From contig OZ024749.1 in NCBI GenBank assembly GCA_964016885.1, forward strand, positions 31,186,001-31,250,000: 64,000 nucleotides of DNA, written 5' to 3'. The position numbers and the translations under genes were made by a program. The notes under the pieces are model-generated. The model saw only the letters and a program-made list of their open reading frames with translations. It made no database searches and had not been told where the DNA came from. This document shows positions 1-14,466 of this stretch, one piece after another. Each line of letters opens with the position of its first letter. Position 1 is the stretch's first letter. The stretch comes from Eledone cirrhosa (taxonomy: Eukaryota).

Positions 1-306
1 CTTGAAAGCTCTGGTACAAACACTACACTTGTGACAATTATTGACACATAGTGCTGGGCCCATGGTACCATGTGACGACAAATGCAGAGAGATCTCCAGA
101 TATAAAGCAATGCCTGTGCCGTGAAGCTTTTATAGTGAGCAAAGGCACTGCACAAAGCCAGTCCCACTCTCTTAACCAAGATGATATTTACCAAAAAGAA
201 GAACAAGTCAACATCATTGGATACCATCAGGGTTGCAGGTGTTATATCAGAGTTTTCCTTCTCCTAGAATTCTGCCTTGACAAAGGCTAAGGGGTCATCT
301 CTCCCA
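1..306. repeat. Partial copy of an unclassified dispersed repeat, related to 47121-47548 and 61906-62349
   Basis: Shares AACATCATTGGATA..GCAGG..TCAGAG.TTTC..CTCCTAGA with the reverse complement of the other two copies; ends at a (TA)n(GA)n tract. Confidence 0.55.
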
Positions 307-384
307 TATATATATATATACATATATATACGTACATATATATCCGTACATATATATACGTACATATATAAACATACGCATATA

Positions 385-502
<118 letters not shown>

Positions 503-504
503 GA

Positions 505-1500
505 GAGAGAGGTAGAACACTGGAAGGTAATATCCGTAGTGGTAGACCACTCAGTCCATGGGACGAGTTAGGTAGAAGTAACACAACAGTTAGTTCATCA
601 TACCGAGAAAAATTGTTTCACCTTAGCGGATCTTCAGCTCGTAGTAGACATGGTTATATTGATCAGGAAGGACAACCGTATGAACGCGCATGCGCAGAAG
701 CGGTCACTTAACACAGGCAATACAAAAGTGCGTGCGAGGAGTGTAAGGGAGATAACTGCGAAAGTCCGAAAGGTTCTAGTTGATAAGAAAATTAGGATGT
801 TGCTGTTATTCAATCCGGAGCTTTGTAGTTATGTAAGAGGTGTTTCCAGACATGTGGACAACGTGTGAAGAAATCATAACTTAGTTTAGGCAATCGCTAT
901 TGCGTAATCTCTTTAGAATATGTATCCGTTCATCAATACATAGTCCACAAGACGGATTGCCCCTTGCGTATGGCTTGGACTTAGTGATGGCTTTCCATTG
1001 AATGGAGTTGTCTATACTTGAGTCTTTGAGGGACCATACGTGGCTCGCGTGTTTCGTGGATGATCGTTTATCCGGGTACCTAAACGTCGACTCATGGTTA
1101 AGGAAGCATCGCTTAAATCGGACCTCTGTCATAGGATTTGACCTCCTCTGGTTGATTTGGTAGGTTGGAAGTGACCTCAGCTTCATAAACTACAGCGAGT
1201 GTGTTGCATTGTTGTTGAAGGGGACAAGCTTCAGGCATTCAGCAAGACCACCCGGTGGGGTGTGGCTCTTAGGGCTGTTGGTGATGTGGGCCTTCATATT
1301 CTTAGCGCAGGAGTACCCTAGTTTTACTTTGTGTCTGTTAAAGATGGAGCGGTATCTTTGACCTATGGGAAAGTGTTTATCTAAGAGGGCTAAAAATGTT
1401 TTTCCGACATTGGTTTTAACGTTGAGTGAGAAGGGAGGAGAGATTGTTTGTCTATTGTTACACTTTCTTTTCTTATTGCTGTTGCTGTTAGTGGGAGAGT
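505..1500 (-). mobile_element. Penelope-like element 3' fragment: disrupted GIY-YIG endonuclease region plus 3' terminal repeat containing a hammerhead
   Basis: ORFs 1190-1549 (PPFSLNVKTNVGKTFLALLDKHFP..IFNRHKVKLGYSC..NMKAHI) and 881-1186 (RFKR..NHESTF..HVWSLKD..IQWKAI..PY..CGLCIDE) match the PLE linker and GIY-YIG C-terminal pattern; broken by stops. Confidence 0.85.
604..641 (-). ncRNA. Minimal type I hammerhead motif in the PLE 3' terminal repeat, stem III slightly degenerate
   Basis: Minus strand: CGAG CTGAAGA tCCgctaaGGt GAAA caattt TT CTCG; stem I CGAG/CTCG. Confidence 0.65.
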
Positions 1501-2561
1501 AAGTGATAGATTGCGAGAACTCTCTGTTAGCTAAATTAACAATAACCATTAAACAAATTGTAATATATTGTAATTGTATTCCAATTTAATTTCTTGCCAT
1601 GGATATGGCAGATATTTGTTGGTAAATAAATGCTTTGTTGACTGAGGCCATTGCATGTTTTAAAAATGTTTAATTAGTAGTTACATTTTACTCCGTTATA
1701 TAGTCCATCTTAAAGAGAGGATGGACTCCATCAGGTTTAATGATAAAAACCTGTCAATACAGCTCCTCTAAGATATTACCGGGAGATTCTAGAATATGCA
1801 TGCATCGATAGTAGTCCATGGCCAGCACAAAAATGCCATACCTGTGACCAACATTATTCCAGCGGTAACAAAACACTGAGAAGTTCTTTTTCTTTTCTTT
1901 TTTTTACAATTACTGAATATATAGAACTGCAGTATTAATATGTGTTTCATATTTTGAGAATTTCGTGTAAAACAGAAGTTTTATATAATTATAGAACAAT
2001 AACATAACATAATGCACGGATAACTTAATAATATATTTGTAAATATAAAGAAGAAGTATCTATGATGATAAACGTATAGTTTTCCTTTCGTCACAAATTC
2101 AATTTTAACTTTAAAACTAGTAAGGAAACCCCTATAGGGTCGCCATATTAACTTTGTAAAAATAATACAAATGTTAGTTAAAAACAAAAGTCAGTTAAAG
2201 CCAGTCATATATATTTATTTTGAGCTGTAGTTGCACATATGCAAATTGAAAAAAATCATGTTTTTTTTTTACTTCGTTTACAATAAAAGTTATTTTTCTT
2301 CATTGTGTAAACTGTGTTAAATGATTAAGAGAATGCAGTCTATTTTATATTCTACATATATAAAATATAATAGTTTTACAATAAAAAGTTTAGAATAAAA
2401 TAACGAATCAGGGGAACAAAGAAAACCAACACAAGTGGGATAACATTTTCTGACTGCTTCTAGCTTGATCACACCCACACACACACCCACACACATACAC
2501 ACTAACACACACACACACACTAACACACACACACATATATATGTATATATATATATATATA

Positions 2562-2655
<94 letters not shown>

Positions 2656-2685
2656 TGTGTGTGTGTATATATCTATATACACACA

Positions 2686-3336
<651 letters not shown>

Positions 3337-3455
3337 TAAAACATCGGCACTAGACAAGATTGTTTCTTTCTTCATTCACTCTCATTCGGGAACAGTTGTG
3401 TATGGCGACAGTTTGTGATTTGAACTCGAGAATTTTATATTCTCCGAGTGAGAAA

Positions 3456-3537
3456 GCCTTCTGACGAAAATCTCTTTCTCAATGAAAATCCGCTTGGATT
3501 ATCTGTTTATTTTGGGATTGGAAACCGCGGTAAAGGC
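3456..3537 (+). ncRNA. Type I hammerhead motif with palindromic stem III
   Basis: GCCTT CTGACGA aaatctc...gggattg GAAA CCGCGG TA AAGGC; perfect 5-bp stem I; a related 3' half (GAAA CCGCGCGG TA) lies at about 15530. Confidence 0.75.
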
Positions 3538-3660
3538 ACATATAGTAAGTACAGCGAACTTTTTAAAATTTTTTCTCTATTTGCTAAACCTTGATTATAT
3601 ATATATTTATATATATATATTCGTTTTATCACGGTATTGGGTACTCTTTTATCGTTCATC

Positions 3661-3696
<36 letters not shown>

Positions 3697-4615
3697 CTGT
3701 GTGTGAGTCTGAGCGTGTACCTCCGTTTCTGTTTATCAGTGTTTGTGAGTGTGTGTATGTGTGCGTGCGATAAACTAGATATATCTTAGGATGGCACATT
3801 GACGACTCTCCTACAGTTAGCAACATCTGAAGAATTAGACATGGTGAATAATATGGTGTTTGGGTATTATTGATGATAACTCAGCAGACGAATAGTCGAA
3901 CTCATTAGAATATCATAGAGAATATTTACGTATTTATATTGTATCTCTGCATAAAAAATCCACAAGCGCATCTTAGTTTTTCATTTTTCTGGTGACGTTC
4001 CGTAAAATACACATCAATGATAAGCGTTGATAAGATGTGTATTGTTACAGTGCGTAGAGACTTAAAACGGTGTTAGGAATGGTAAAGAAAGGGGATTCTT
4101 TAAAAACTATATTTAGAGGGAAATTATGAAAATACACACTTGTGTCCGAACATGGAAGAGCCTAACACCCCCCCCCCCCATCGCTCTCGCTCCCCCCCCC
4201 CCCCCCGCTATCTCTCTGTATAGTGAGCAAATGGGGTCCCACGTTCTGGCTGCCCCATAGTCCCATCGGACAGAATGGAGAAGGCGTTTCCCCGGAGGAA
4301 GATAAGGGAGATACGCTGGAAGAGCCATTCCCTAAGATGTGTATTTATCTACAAATAAAATTACTGTCCTTGTGTCTAAATCTGAAAACGACTATGATGA
4401 TCCATACGCCACCTTTATTCCCTCTTCTCGTCTATTACAGGACAGAAATGGTAGACAAATCTGCCCTTAAATTTCCATTATTATTCCTGAACAATAAAAG
4501 GAGGCATTATATAAGGAGGTTTCTACAGAATTCTACAAACGATAGGATTGTCGCAGCTGGAAGGTATTTCAAACAAGATTTCCATTTATATTACCTGTGT
4601 ATATATGTGTGTATG

Positions 4616-4682
<67 letters not shown>

Positions 4683-4687
4683 GTATA

Positions 4688-4775
<88 letters not shown>

Positions 4776-4888
4776 AAATCGCTCTCATATATATGAATAT
4801 ATATGTATAGATAACTACATACATATATATATATAAGTGTATATATATATATATATGTTATTATTAATATTCGAAAAACTCAGATTAC

Positions 4889-4936
<48 letters not shown>

Positions 4937-4979
4937 CATATATAAATGTATATATGTATATATATATAATATAAATATA

Positions 4980-5051
<72 letters not shown>

Positions 5052-6289
5052 GTATAATAAACAATACGATATAATTATCTCATTACCAGAGGTTTCCCGA
5101 ATAAGACAAATACGATAAACGTCCTCATTCGTTCGTCGGACAAGGCAATTTAAAACATAGTGAAATATTTGAAAAGTCTCCTCAAGAAATGTAAGAGTTT
5201 AACGGGCAAAAAACATATAAATAAAAGTAATGCAACAGATATATAAAAAAAAAAGGAAATATAGTTTGGGTATGTGTATATGTATGTATATACATTCACA
5301 AATGTACATATGTGTGTATGTACAAATGCATGTGTATGGTGAAAATGTGTGCTTAAGTACATATATGAGGGCAAGTATATTTGTGTATATGTCACCACAA
5401 ATACGTATATAATATGAGTTGAAAAAGAAATTGTAAGATAATATAGTTAACACGCATCCATATACAAGTATTAAATACACATACGAATATGAAAACACGC
5501 GTATAAACACACACACACACCGCGGTCACTTATATGCGGAAGGGAGTGTAATAGTAAAAAGTGACATTCTGGAAATATGTATAAAAAAATTGTTTAAATC
5601 AAAGAGAAAGTAATCAATTAACACTAGAGAAAAGAAAACAAACACAGGTACGCACGTACACACACATATATATATATATATAAAAATATTTATACACACA
5701 AATACGTACAGACAAAAGCGTTTGCATGAGTACATACATACGAGGCACGTATATATATATATATATATCGCCACATGTATATCTAATCACACGTACCTAC
5801 GCGACTATATATATACACATATATACATACACACCCATGCATAGATATACATATACACACATATACATACACATACACATACCTTCACCCGCATACATAC
5901 ACACGTATAAATAAGTATGTAAAAAACATAGATATAAAAAAAAACAGATATAAAAACACACATACACACACATATATATACGTACGCACGCACACATACG
6001 GAGGCGTTCGTATACATATACAGAACGTATACACACATAAGCACACTCACGCTCATAGATACAGATTATAAACCAGCCGTATGAATAAATGAGTACAAAT
6101 ATAAAATCGGCTGCGAAACAACATAATATATCTTAAATTTTGCTCTGGTACTTACATAGAGCACTCTTCACTCCTATGACTTTTTCAATTTTAAACGGAA
6201 ACTTCAATACTTATATATATACAGGGAAAATTAATCATATTATAAGGTATATATTTTTGAAGTTCTGGTCAACTTTATTTATTTACCTA

Positions 6290-6509
6290 CCTACCTATGT
6301 GTGGTTACACACTTGTAAAAATTATCTCCTCTGATTATTCATGTTTATTTATATGTTAATCAATATCTAGTTATTATAAAATGCTCGGACCTACTCGTTA
6401 GAATCTCAGAGCTTATTTTCCGGGTGATATGGTGCATGTCTTTCTGGCATGACACCCATAATTTTGATTTAGATTAAATTCATTTAATTTATCTTAAATT
6501 TGGATATAG

Positions 6510-6510
<1 letters not shown>
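6290..6510 (+). repeat. Copy of a (TA)n-associated repeat family, also at 37390-37712 (minus) and about 30980-31085
   Basis: TATAAAATGCTCGGA..TC.TT.GAATCT..GAGCTTATT shared between copies. Confidence 0.6.
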
Positions 6511-6544
<34 letters not shown>

Positions 6545-6610
6545 TATATTTATATTATATATATACATACATATATACATGTATATATATATATTATATA
6601 TATATATATG

Positions 6611-6685
<75 letters not shown>

Positions 6686-6690
6686 TTATA

Positions 6691-6776
<86 letters not shown>

Positions 6777-6782
<6 letters not shown>

Positions 6783-7352
6783 GTAATCTGAGTTTTTCGA
6801 ATATTAATAATAACACTCGATTCGTTTGCAATCATGCAAACAAGCCCCAATGTTATAGCCATGTCAGTAGAATGAACACTTCATTCTTCGTCTTGTGCTG
6901 TCATGTGAACAGAACTGCAGACACTAATGTTTCTGGGTATCACCCTTCATCAGTACAGCTCACTGTTAACCTCCCAAACTGTCAGAGCTAGTGAAAATAT
7001 ATGCTATTTTCAAAAGTACACAGTGACTGATCCGCCATATTTTCATATCAGCAGACTGGCCAGTCATATTCCTGTATACGAGCGAATCATGGCCAGCTTT
7101 GCCAAATTCAAACAAAAAACGAAAATGTTCACTCTACATGGTTGAATACAATAAATGTAATCTGAGTTTTTCGAATATTAATCAGTCACTTAGAGTCTAC
7201 AATTCTGTTCACATACCAACACAAGAGCAAGAATGAAGAGTTCATTCTGCTGATATGGCTATAAAATTGGGGCTTGTTTGCATGATTGCAAAACGAATCA
7301 AGTGTTATTATTCATATTTGAAAAACTCAGATTACATTTATTGTATTCAGCC
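6777..7352 (-). mobile_element. HHR-bearing 374-bp repeat monomer with terminal direct repeat, followed by an inverted partial copy (retrozyme or PLE pLTR-like)
   Basis: ATAAATGTAATCTGAGTTTTTCGAATATTAAT at 6777 and 7151 (period 374); inverted copy at about 7195-7352; same family at 4858-4893 and 21120-21484. Confidence 0.75.
6913..6960 (-). ncRNA. Type I hammerhead ribozyme with GUC cleavage triplet
   Basis: Minus strand: AGCTGTA CTGATGA aGGGTgatACCCa GAAA CATTAGTG TC TGCAGTT; 7-bp stem I with two G-U pairs; intact core. Confidence 0.85.
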
Positions 7353-7580
7353 ATGTAGAACGAACATTTTCTTTTTTTATTTGGTTTCTTCGTAGGGGTT
7401 TTCGTTATGCGTATCTTTTCAAAGTTTCATTTTAACTTTAGCTGCTATTGAATATACTTCCCACATGTTGCTGTTGAATATTTAGGAAATTAGTATCAGT
7501 GTATATAGATATTATCAACAATGACAATAAATGCAGGTGAGAGTTGCGACATGGTTTTACTTCACAGAAGTCAATTATAT

Positions 7581-7983
7581 TGTTATAAAGAATTGTTACC
7601 ACATGCTGATGTTCAGGTGGTCACAACTCCCAGACTGGAGTGTGTGGAGAAGAACAGAGAATCTTCTCTTGGTCAGCTTCAAGTGTTTCTTTAGGCTGCC
7701 GGTGTTCTTCTTGGGTGCAAAGGAAGTGAAACAGTAGTCATCTCTTGACAAGGTCTCAGCTGTTCTTCTCCCTTCGAAGTTCAGGAGTAGAGTGTGTTTT
7801 ATGCCTTGATTGTCCTCGACTATATAGTCCCAGGGGGACGCAACTCACTCTAGTACATGAATCTGCCGCTGGGAGTCGCGCCCGTCGCAAAGGGACGTAA
7901 CTCCTATACGTGCTGAGTTACGACCGTCGTAAAGGGACGCAACTCCTATACGTGCTGTATCACAGCTGTAAGGGGCCGCTACA
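7581..7983 (-). mobile_element. Probable solo LTR
   Basis: TGT...ACA termini; flanks TATAT/AATAT (4 of 5 match); higher GC than surroundings; internal direct repeat CCGTCGYAAAGGGACGYAACTCCTATACGTGCTG x2; TATA-like CTATATAG. Confidence 0.45.
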
Positions 7984-8686
7984 AATATATCTTCCTCGTT
8001 TTGTGTTATCATGTTGAATATATGCTGCTCGTGGGTTCGTATGTCGCTTACGTTATTTCACTGTCGTCACCCATGTTTTCATGGCAACGTACGCAGCCAG
8101 AGTTTGATTATTATAGATATATTTGCATGTCGTATGTTAGCTAAAGTACAATGAGAGTAGTTTAGGCTTTGCGATTCAAATCACCAACCATGTTACAATT
8201 TGAGTGACGGGGAATTTCATTGAGCATTAGATTCATAATAGACGTGACTTACAGAAAATATTTCTCAAGCTGTCTGTTACGTTGATGGAACTCTTCGTCG
8301 AAACCGAATGAGGTCCCTTGATATGAGATAGAAATTGCGTGAGTGTTGTAGGTCATTGAAATGAAACAGATATAATTGTATGTGCAATTTGCATAGGTAA
8401 GACTCTAGATGTTTCAAGTAGCTCAAGCGTGTGTCTGCCTGCCGGTCTCCCCGTTGAAGTGCGCATGCTTGTAAGTTGAAGTGCAAGTACAGAGCGCACA
8501 TTTCTAATTGAATGAACAGTTCGAGTGATATTTTCCATTCTCTATATTCTATATATTTCAACATTTCTCACACTATAAGTCCGTGTGTGCTTCTCTTTCT
8601 ATTACTCTCTCTTTATTTCTCATTCTCACTCTCCCCCCTGTTTTTCTCTCTCTCTATATATACATATATATATATACATATATATG

Positions 8687-8728
<42 letters not shown>

Positions 8729-8750
8729 GATACATATATATATATATATA

Positions 8751-8789
<39 letters not shown>

Positions 8790-8843
8790 GTATATATATA
8801 TATACATATATATACATACATACATATATATACATACATACAT

Positions 8844-8958
<115 letters not shown>

Positions 8959-9085
8959 TATATACACCTGCCGGAATAAGAACAACGGAAAACAACAACT
9001 AAGAATGTGTAGTATTGCAACTTAAAACGAGACAGAGATTGGTCTGACAATTAACTACGACAATGACATTATTTTATAAAACCAC

Positions 9086-9274
9086 CACCAAAGAGTGGTG
9101 ATTTGGCAGTATCGGTAGAGCGTCGGACATGTTTTCCAGCATAGTTACGTCCCTTTACGATCTGAGTTCAAATTCGGCCGAGGTTAACTTTGCCTTTCAT
9201 CCTTACGGGGTCGATAAAATAAAGTACCAGTAAGGTACTGGGTTATTGCTGGCCTTGTGCCTAAAATAGAAACA
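9086..9274 (+). mobile_element. tRNA-derived SINE (family A) with target-site duplication
   Basis: A-box-like TGGCAGTATCGG, B-box GAGTTCAAATTC, body GGGGTCGATAAAATAAAGTACCAG; ATTATTTTATAAAACCAC duplicated at 9068 and 9275. Confidence 0.85.
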
Positions 9275-10290
9275 ATTATTTTATAAAACCACTGATTGGT
9301 ACCTGTCACAAAGAAATAAACAAAAAATGAGAAAAACATTTACCGCATTCAGTATATGGGCCTCCACCAGTATCGAAGATGAATTGTGCAGTTATTTGAT
9401 CAAGAGAACAGCCTGATCGTTACATGTACGCAAACCCTATTATGCTTCAGCGTGACACAGAATAATTTCGTCAAACCTCGCTCATTGAGTGATATATCAT
9501 GGTCTATGGAAGAGTTTTCCACATAATTTCCGTGTTCGAAATGTAACCAATAATCTGTCCCTGAACTAAACTGAGCATTCCTAGGATACAGTTACTCTTT
9601 ACTTATATCTCAGGGAGAATCAAGTTAATATAGATATTGCAACAAGGTTGTCCCTTGCAATTATATATACAGTCCAATCGAAGGATCTCTACACAATTTC
9701 CGTCTACGAAATTTAACGCACATGTCTGTGAAATTCCCGTGAAAATGACTGAGCAATCCACGCAAACACTTACCATAACCTAATTCTTAGGGAGATTCGA
9801 GGTCATAGATTGAGCAACAAAGCTGTAGATTGCATTATTCACAAGTAGAGTCTATTCAACAAATTCCCAAAGAGTTTCCGTTTATCGTATTTCAATCTCA
9901 ACGCATGCTCCTACCGAAAGCTATAGAAATTGACACTTGACCAAGATTTAAAGTAGATCAATAGAAGCATGGATTTATTGATTACGACTCGAACCCCTTA
10001 AACATTCGGCCATTCAGCGTCCACCAGTGGTCAGTGAATAATGTATGTTGGCTTTGAAATTGGCTAAAGGAAATGCGGTTATTGTTATTCGGAGAGACTT
10101 GACTGCGATAAATAAAAATGTTAGGATAACCTTAGAAAACAGCCAACAAAAGGTCAGATTTTAACGATTTCGGTTTAGGCGGAGCATAGTCACTCTTCAT
10201 ATTAGTTCTTAACATTAGATATATTTATAGATGTTTGTTTACATCGAGGGTACTCTACATGCCTATATATATATATATACACATATATAC

Positions 10291-10348
<58 letters not shown>

Positions 10349-10380
10349 GTATATATATATATACATACACACACACACAC

Positions 10381-10429
<49 letters not shown>

Positions 10430-11014
10430 ACTATGTACATTTATGCTTATCTGATTCCTGGAAGAATGCTTTCCAATATATATATGGGTAAAAATAATAT
10501 ATGTTTACGTCTAATACGACTTGGAACCAGTCTATCTTGATATCAACACATAATTTATGTTTAGATTTGTTATCATTACAACTAATAGACGTGGATATCT
10601 TATACATGTTAAATATATGGTATGATATTTTGGTGGTTGAAATTTACATTGATTTTTCACCAGATAATTGATATATGAAAACTGTAACAAAAACGACGTT
10701 AATATGTATGTTAAGAGTGTTATTGATAAGTATATTGTAGGGTTTTTTTTAACAGCGCGAATTTGAGATATTTTATTACAAAAAGTTTTCCAAATATTAC
10801 TGATACATACGATACGTATTTAGACCCAGTGTTAGATTATTTTTCTTCGATAATAATTAATGGATTCATAACATGCTCAATGCCACAGAAATGACAGTTT
10901 GCAATATATTGTGTTGTCAAGTATGAAATTTGTAGAAATTTGTTTCTACAAATTTGTAGAAATTTGTTTCTACAAATTTCATACTTTACTACCGAATAGT
11001 ATATTCGATATATA

Positions 11015-11325
11015 ACTGGCACTGTTGGTTACGACGACGAGTGTTCCAGTTGAAACCATCAATGGAACAACCTGCTCATGAAATTAACGTGCAGGCTGCT
11101 GATCATTCCACAGACACGTGTACCATTAACATAGTTCTAAGGGTGATTCAGCGTGAAATAGAATGTGATAAGACTGGCCCTTCGAATTACAGGTACAACT
11201 CATTTTTGCCAGCTGAATGGGCAGGAGCAACGTCAAATAAGGACATAATGTGCCACCGGGAATCGAAATCACAAACTTACGATTGTGAACCGAATACCCT
11301 AACCACAAAGCCACGCACCTGCACA
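11015..11325 (-). mobile_element. tRNA-derived SINE (family B)
   Basis: Minus-strand tRNA-like head GGTGCGTGGCTTTGTGGTTAGGGTATTCGG...GATTTCGATTCCCGG; degenerate copies at about 34980-35225, 49390-49970 and 50700-50790. Confidence 0.75.
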
Positions 11326-11547
11326 TTGTTTAGTCGATAGAAGGCGGTGATTTGTCAGTCCTCGGAACCTGAGAGACTGAATTGTTGCAGATATTCGTTC
11401 CGGCACTGTCCGCTCTCTGTTTTCAAATTCCGATAATCTATATTTCGCCACAGATACTTCCAGTGATATAAAGAAAATACCAGCTAGTAATGGCGTCGAT
11501 TCTTTTTACGTATCACTTAATCACTTCATGTCTTTCCTCCTACGTTT

Positions 11548-11663
<116 letters not shown>

Positions 11664-11801
11664 GTATAAGATCAAAAGATGGTTAAAAGAGTTCCATGTA
11701 TTGATCTTATATATTATTTATACTCCAGTCCTACAAACTGTAGAGTGCTACTTATCCGATATCTGCATTGCTTTATTGTACTACAATAAAACTCACCTCC
11801 T

Positions 11802-11843
<42 letters not shown>

Positions 11844-12044
11844 TTTTCTCTCCCCCCTCCCTCTCTTTCCTTGCCTCCTTCTGTAGAGGAAATCATCTGT
11901 ATCCAGACTTGGAGAAGGAATGAGCTCTGCTAGCTTTCGATTCTCCGGATCTCAGGACACTACTGCTACGATTGCATCAGGCGTTATGAGTACATACATA
12001 CATATATTTATATACATACGTACATACATACATACATACATACA

Positions 12045-12078
<34 letters not shown>

Positions 12079-12104
12079 CGTACGTACCTATATATATATA
12101 TATA

Positions 12105-12305
12105 TAGTAATAATAATAAAATTGAAGACTAAAATCCAACGTTACCACGAACCAAAGTATCCTCTTCCTGTCTTCCTCCGGTTGCAACGTTTTTTGAAAT
12201 ATCCAGTTCTGCGTTTACAGATTGACTTTGTTAGTTTCAGAAGATCCCGTTAAGTGTGAAAGCAGCGATTCTTTGCTTAAACTTTAATCTGTTATTTTAA
12301 TAAAT
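12105..12305 (+). mobile_element. PLE-derived terminal-repeat family copy with a variant hammerhead (12233-12283) and a short inverted 5' piece
   Basis: AGTTT CAGAAGA tcccgttaagtgt GAAA GCAgcgattcttTGC TT AAACT; family also at 16740-16900, 35720-35820, 36050-36250, 46905-47090, 48770-48995, 58415-58520. Confidence 0.7.
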
Positions 12306-13681
12306 ATATATATATATATATATATATACGTACATACATACATAGGAGATTCTGTCACTGAACGATAAAAACTCGTGTATATATTATAAGATCAAAATGA
12401 ATGAAAGGCAATGTTGTCATAGAGTGTTTCTAATTATATTATATTGCAAAGTATTTTGTCTGATGTTCTACGATTTCTAACCTACACAAACCTTCTCTGC
12501 TAATATCGACTTATTAGCAGTGAGGATCATACCAATAGGACTGATGCCGACTGATCATACAGACATTTGTGCAATTCTCTGTGGACCTGTGGGCCTGGTA
12601 AAAGGAATCCTGGAGATTATTTAATGTGGAACCGGATAAAATAGCTCCTCCAAGGAATTTAAACTAACACAGTACCACGCTTGCTAATTCGTCCCCAAAT
12701 ACTTTTTTTTGTCGATTTTTGATAGCCTCACAATATTATCGAATAAGCTTTTATCACACTTTGCCTTAGATAAGTGAACATTAATGCAACAGTATTGTTA
12801 TTAATCTACCAACGTTTTAACTAATAATTGACAAAATGTCCGGAATTTACTTTAAAAATAGGGAACGAAGAAAAATACATAGACTCAACTCATTGGGACA
12901 TTAACTTAGCAGTAAAATATTCCCCTAGCTCCGTGTTTGATCATTAACTAGAGATTACATGAAATTAACAATTGATGTTTATACAATATTATGTATTTTG
13001 AATGATGTTCAATTAAACCGTGCTGTGAAAAGCAAACTATGGACTATGAAATAAAAATTATATATTGGCTTTAAATGCAAACTATGAGCAGCAAAATGCA
13101 AACTGTAATTTTCAGATGGCAAACACTGAAAGTGAAGTATTCTCTGTAAAGTTGTTTACTCTTCTATTAACTTATCACAAGAAATTCAGTTTTTTTAATC
13201 GATTAAATATTGAAATACCAAGCTTCATTTATTAATTGAATTATCGTACCTCATTTATTGGGAGTATTTTTATCTTGTATTTAAGTCAATCTAAGAACAA
13301 AGAACAAACATTACCGAGATCAAAGATATAATCAGCAACATTACACAGTAACCTTAAACCAAGAGATTATAAATAACACATCTCATACTCAGACAAAGGG
13401 CGTAGTTTGATAGCGATATAATAGGTTGAGCATTTGTGTGGAGGGTTTATCTAAGGAGTGGTGACTTGCATACTGTAGCATGACCTCTCGTCGAGGCTTG
13501 CTAATGGGCGGTGTTATAAATGAATCACCAAGTCTGATGAACATATCGATGCTGGGGTGCGATCCATTGGTTCCATAGAATACCTTGAGCCAACCATCTG
13601 AGAAACGTACCAAACAGGTCGATAATTAATAAATACGTGTAACCGAAATGTCATCGATTTTTCTACTATACACACAGGCAG

Positions 13682-13749
<68 letters not shown>

Positions 13750-13832
13750 TTGTTTATATATATATGGACACTTATTTGTTCGACTATCCATACAGGGTTG
13801 TGTAAGAATACATTAGTGTGTTAGATTCAGTG

Positions 13833-13869
<37 letters not shown>

Positions 13870-14276
13870 CATTTGTCATGCATTTCCATACACTTTAAGC
13901 GTTTCTGAAGTAAAATGTGTATAAGAAAAAGGAATTAAAAAATCAAACACAGAAAAAACCCACTTGAATATTACTGAAAGAGGGAAGACAAAAAAATTTC
14001 TTGTTAAACGATACTAAAAATACGATATATCTTCTTTGGCAAGAAAGCAATTTTTCTAACATTAGAATTTCTTATATATGACCAAAAAAACTTTCATTTG
14101 TATGTCTTCATATAGGATTCATTGCCACGAAATGTTATAATGAAAAAAATTTAAATCGCTACATACATCTCTTGATACTATTGTCTCAATATTATTATTA
14201 TTTTTTAATTAGCTCCCAATATTGATACACTACATACAAATGTGAGTGCACACACACACACACACATACACATATA

Positions 14277-14466
14277 TCATCATCATCATCATCATCATTA
14301 TCATTTTATGTCCGCTTTTTCCTGCTTGCAACGGTGGGACAGGTCCTATTCAGCACAGCCTCTCTCCCCTTGTCACGGTCCTTTGTCTTCTCATCCGTGA
14401 GCATCACAGATCTGAGTAATGCTCTCACCACCTCCGGCCATGTTTTTCGTGGTCTTCCTCTACTGC

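Noticed and set aside
11270-11325. tRNA-like sequence
   Set aside because: It is the head of a SINE, with no complete cloverleaf
11915-11985. Possible minus-strand hammerhead (CTGATGC..GAAA GCT..AGC TC)
   Set aside because: Core mismatch and no stem I or stem II pairing found
13530-13612. CTGATGA...GAAA as a hammerhead; likewise CTGATGA at about 48657 and 60155
   Set aside because: No supporting stems; expected by chance
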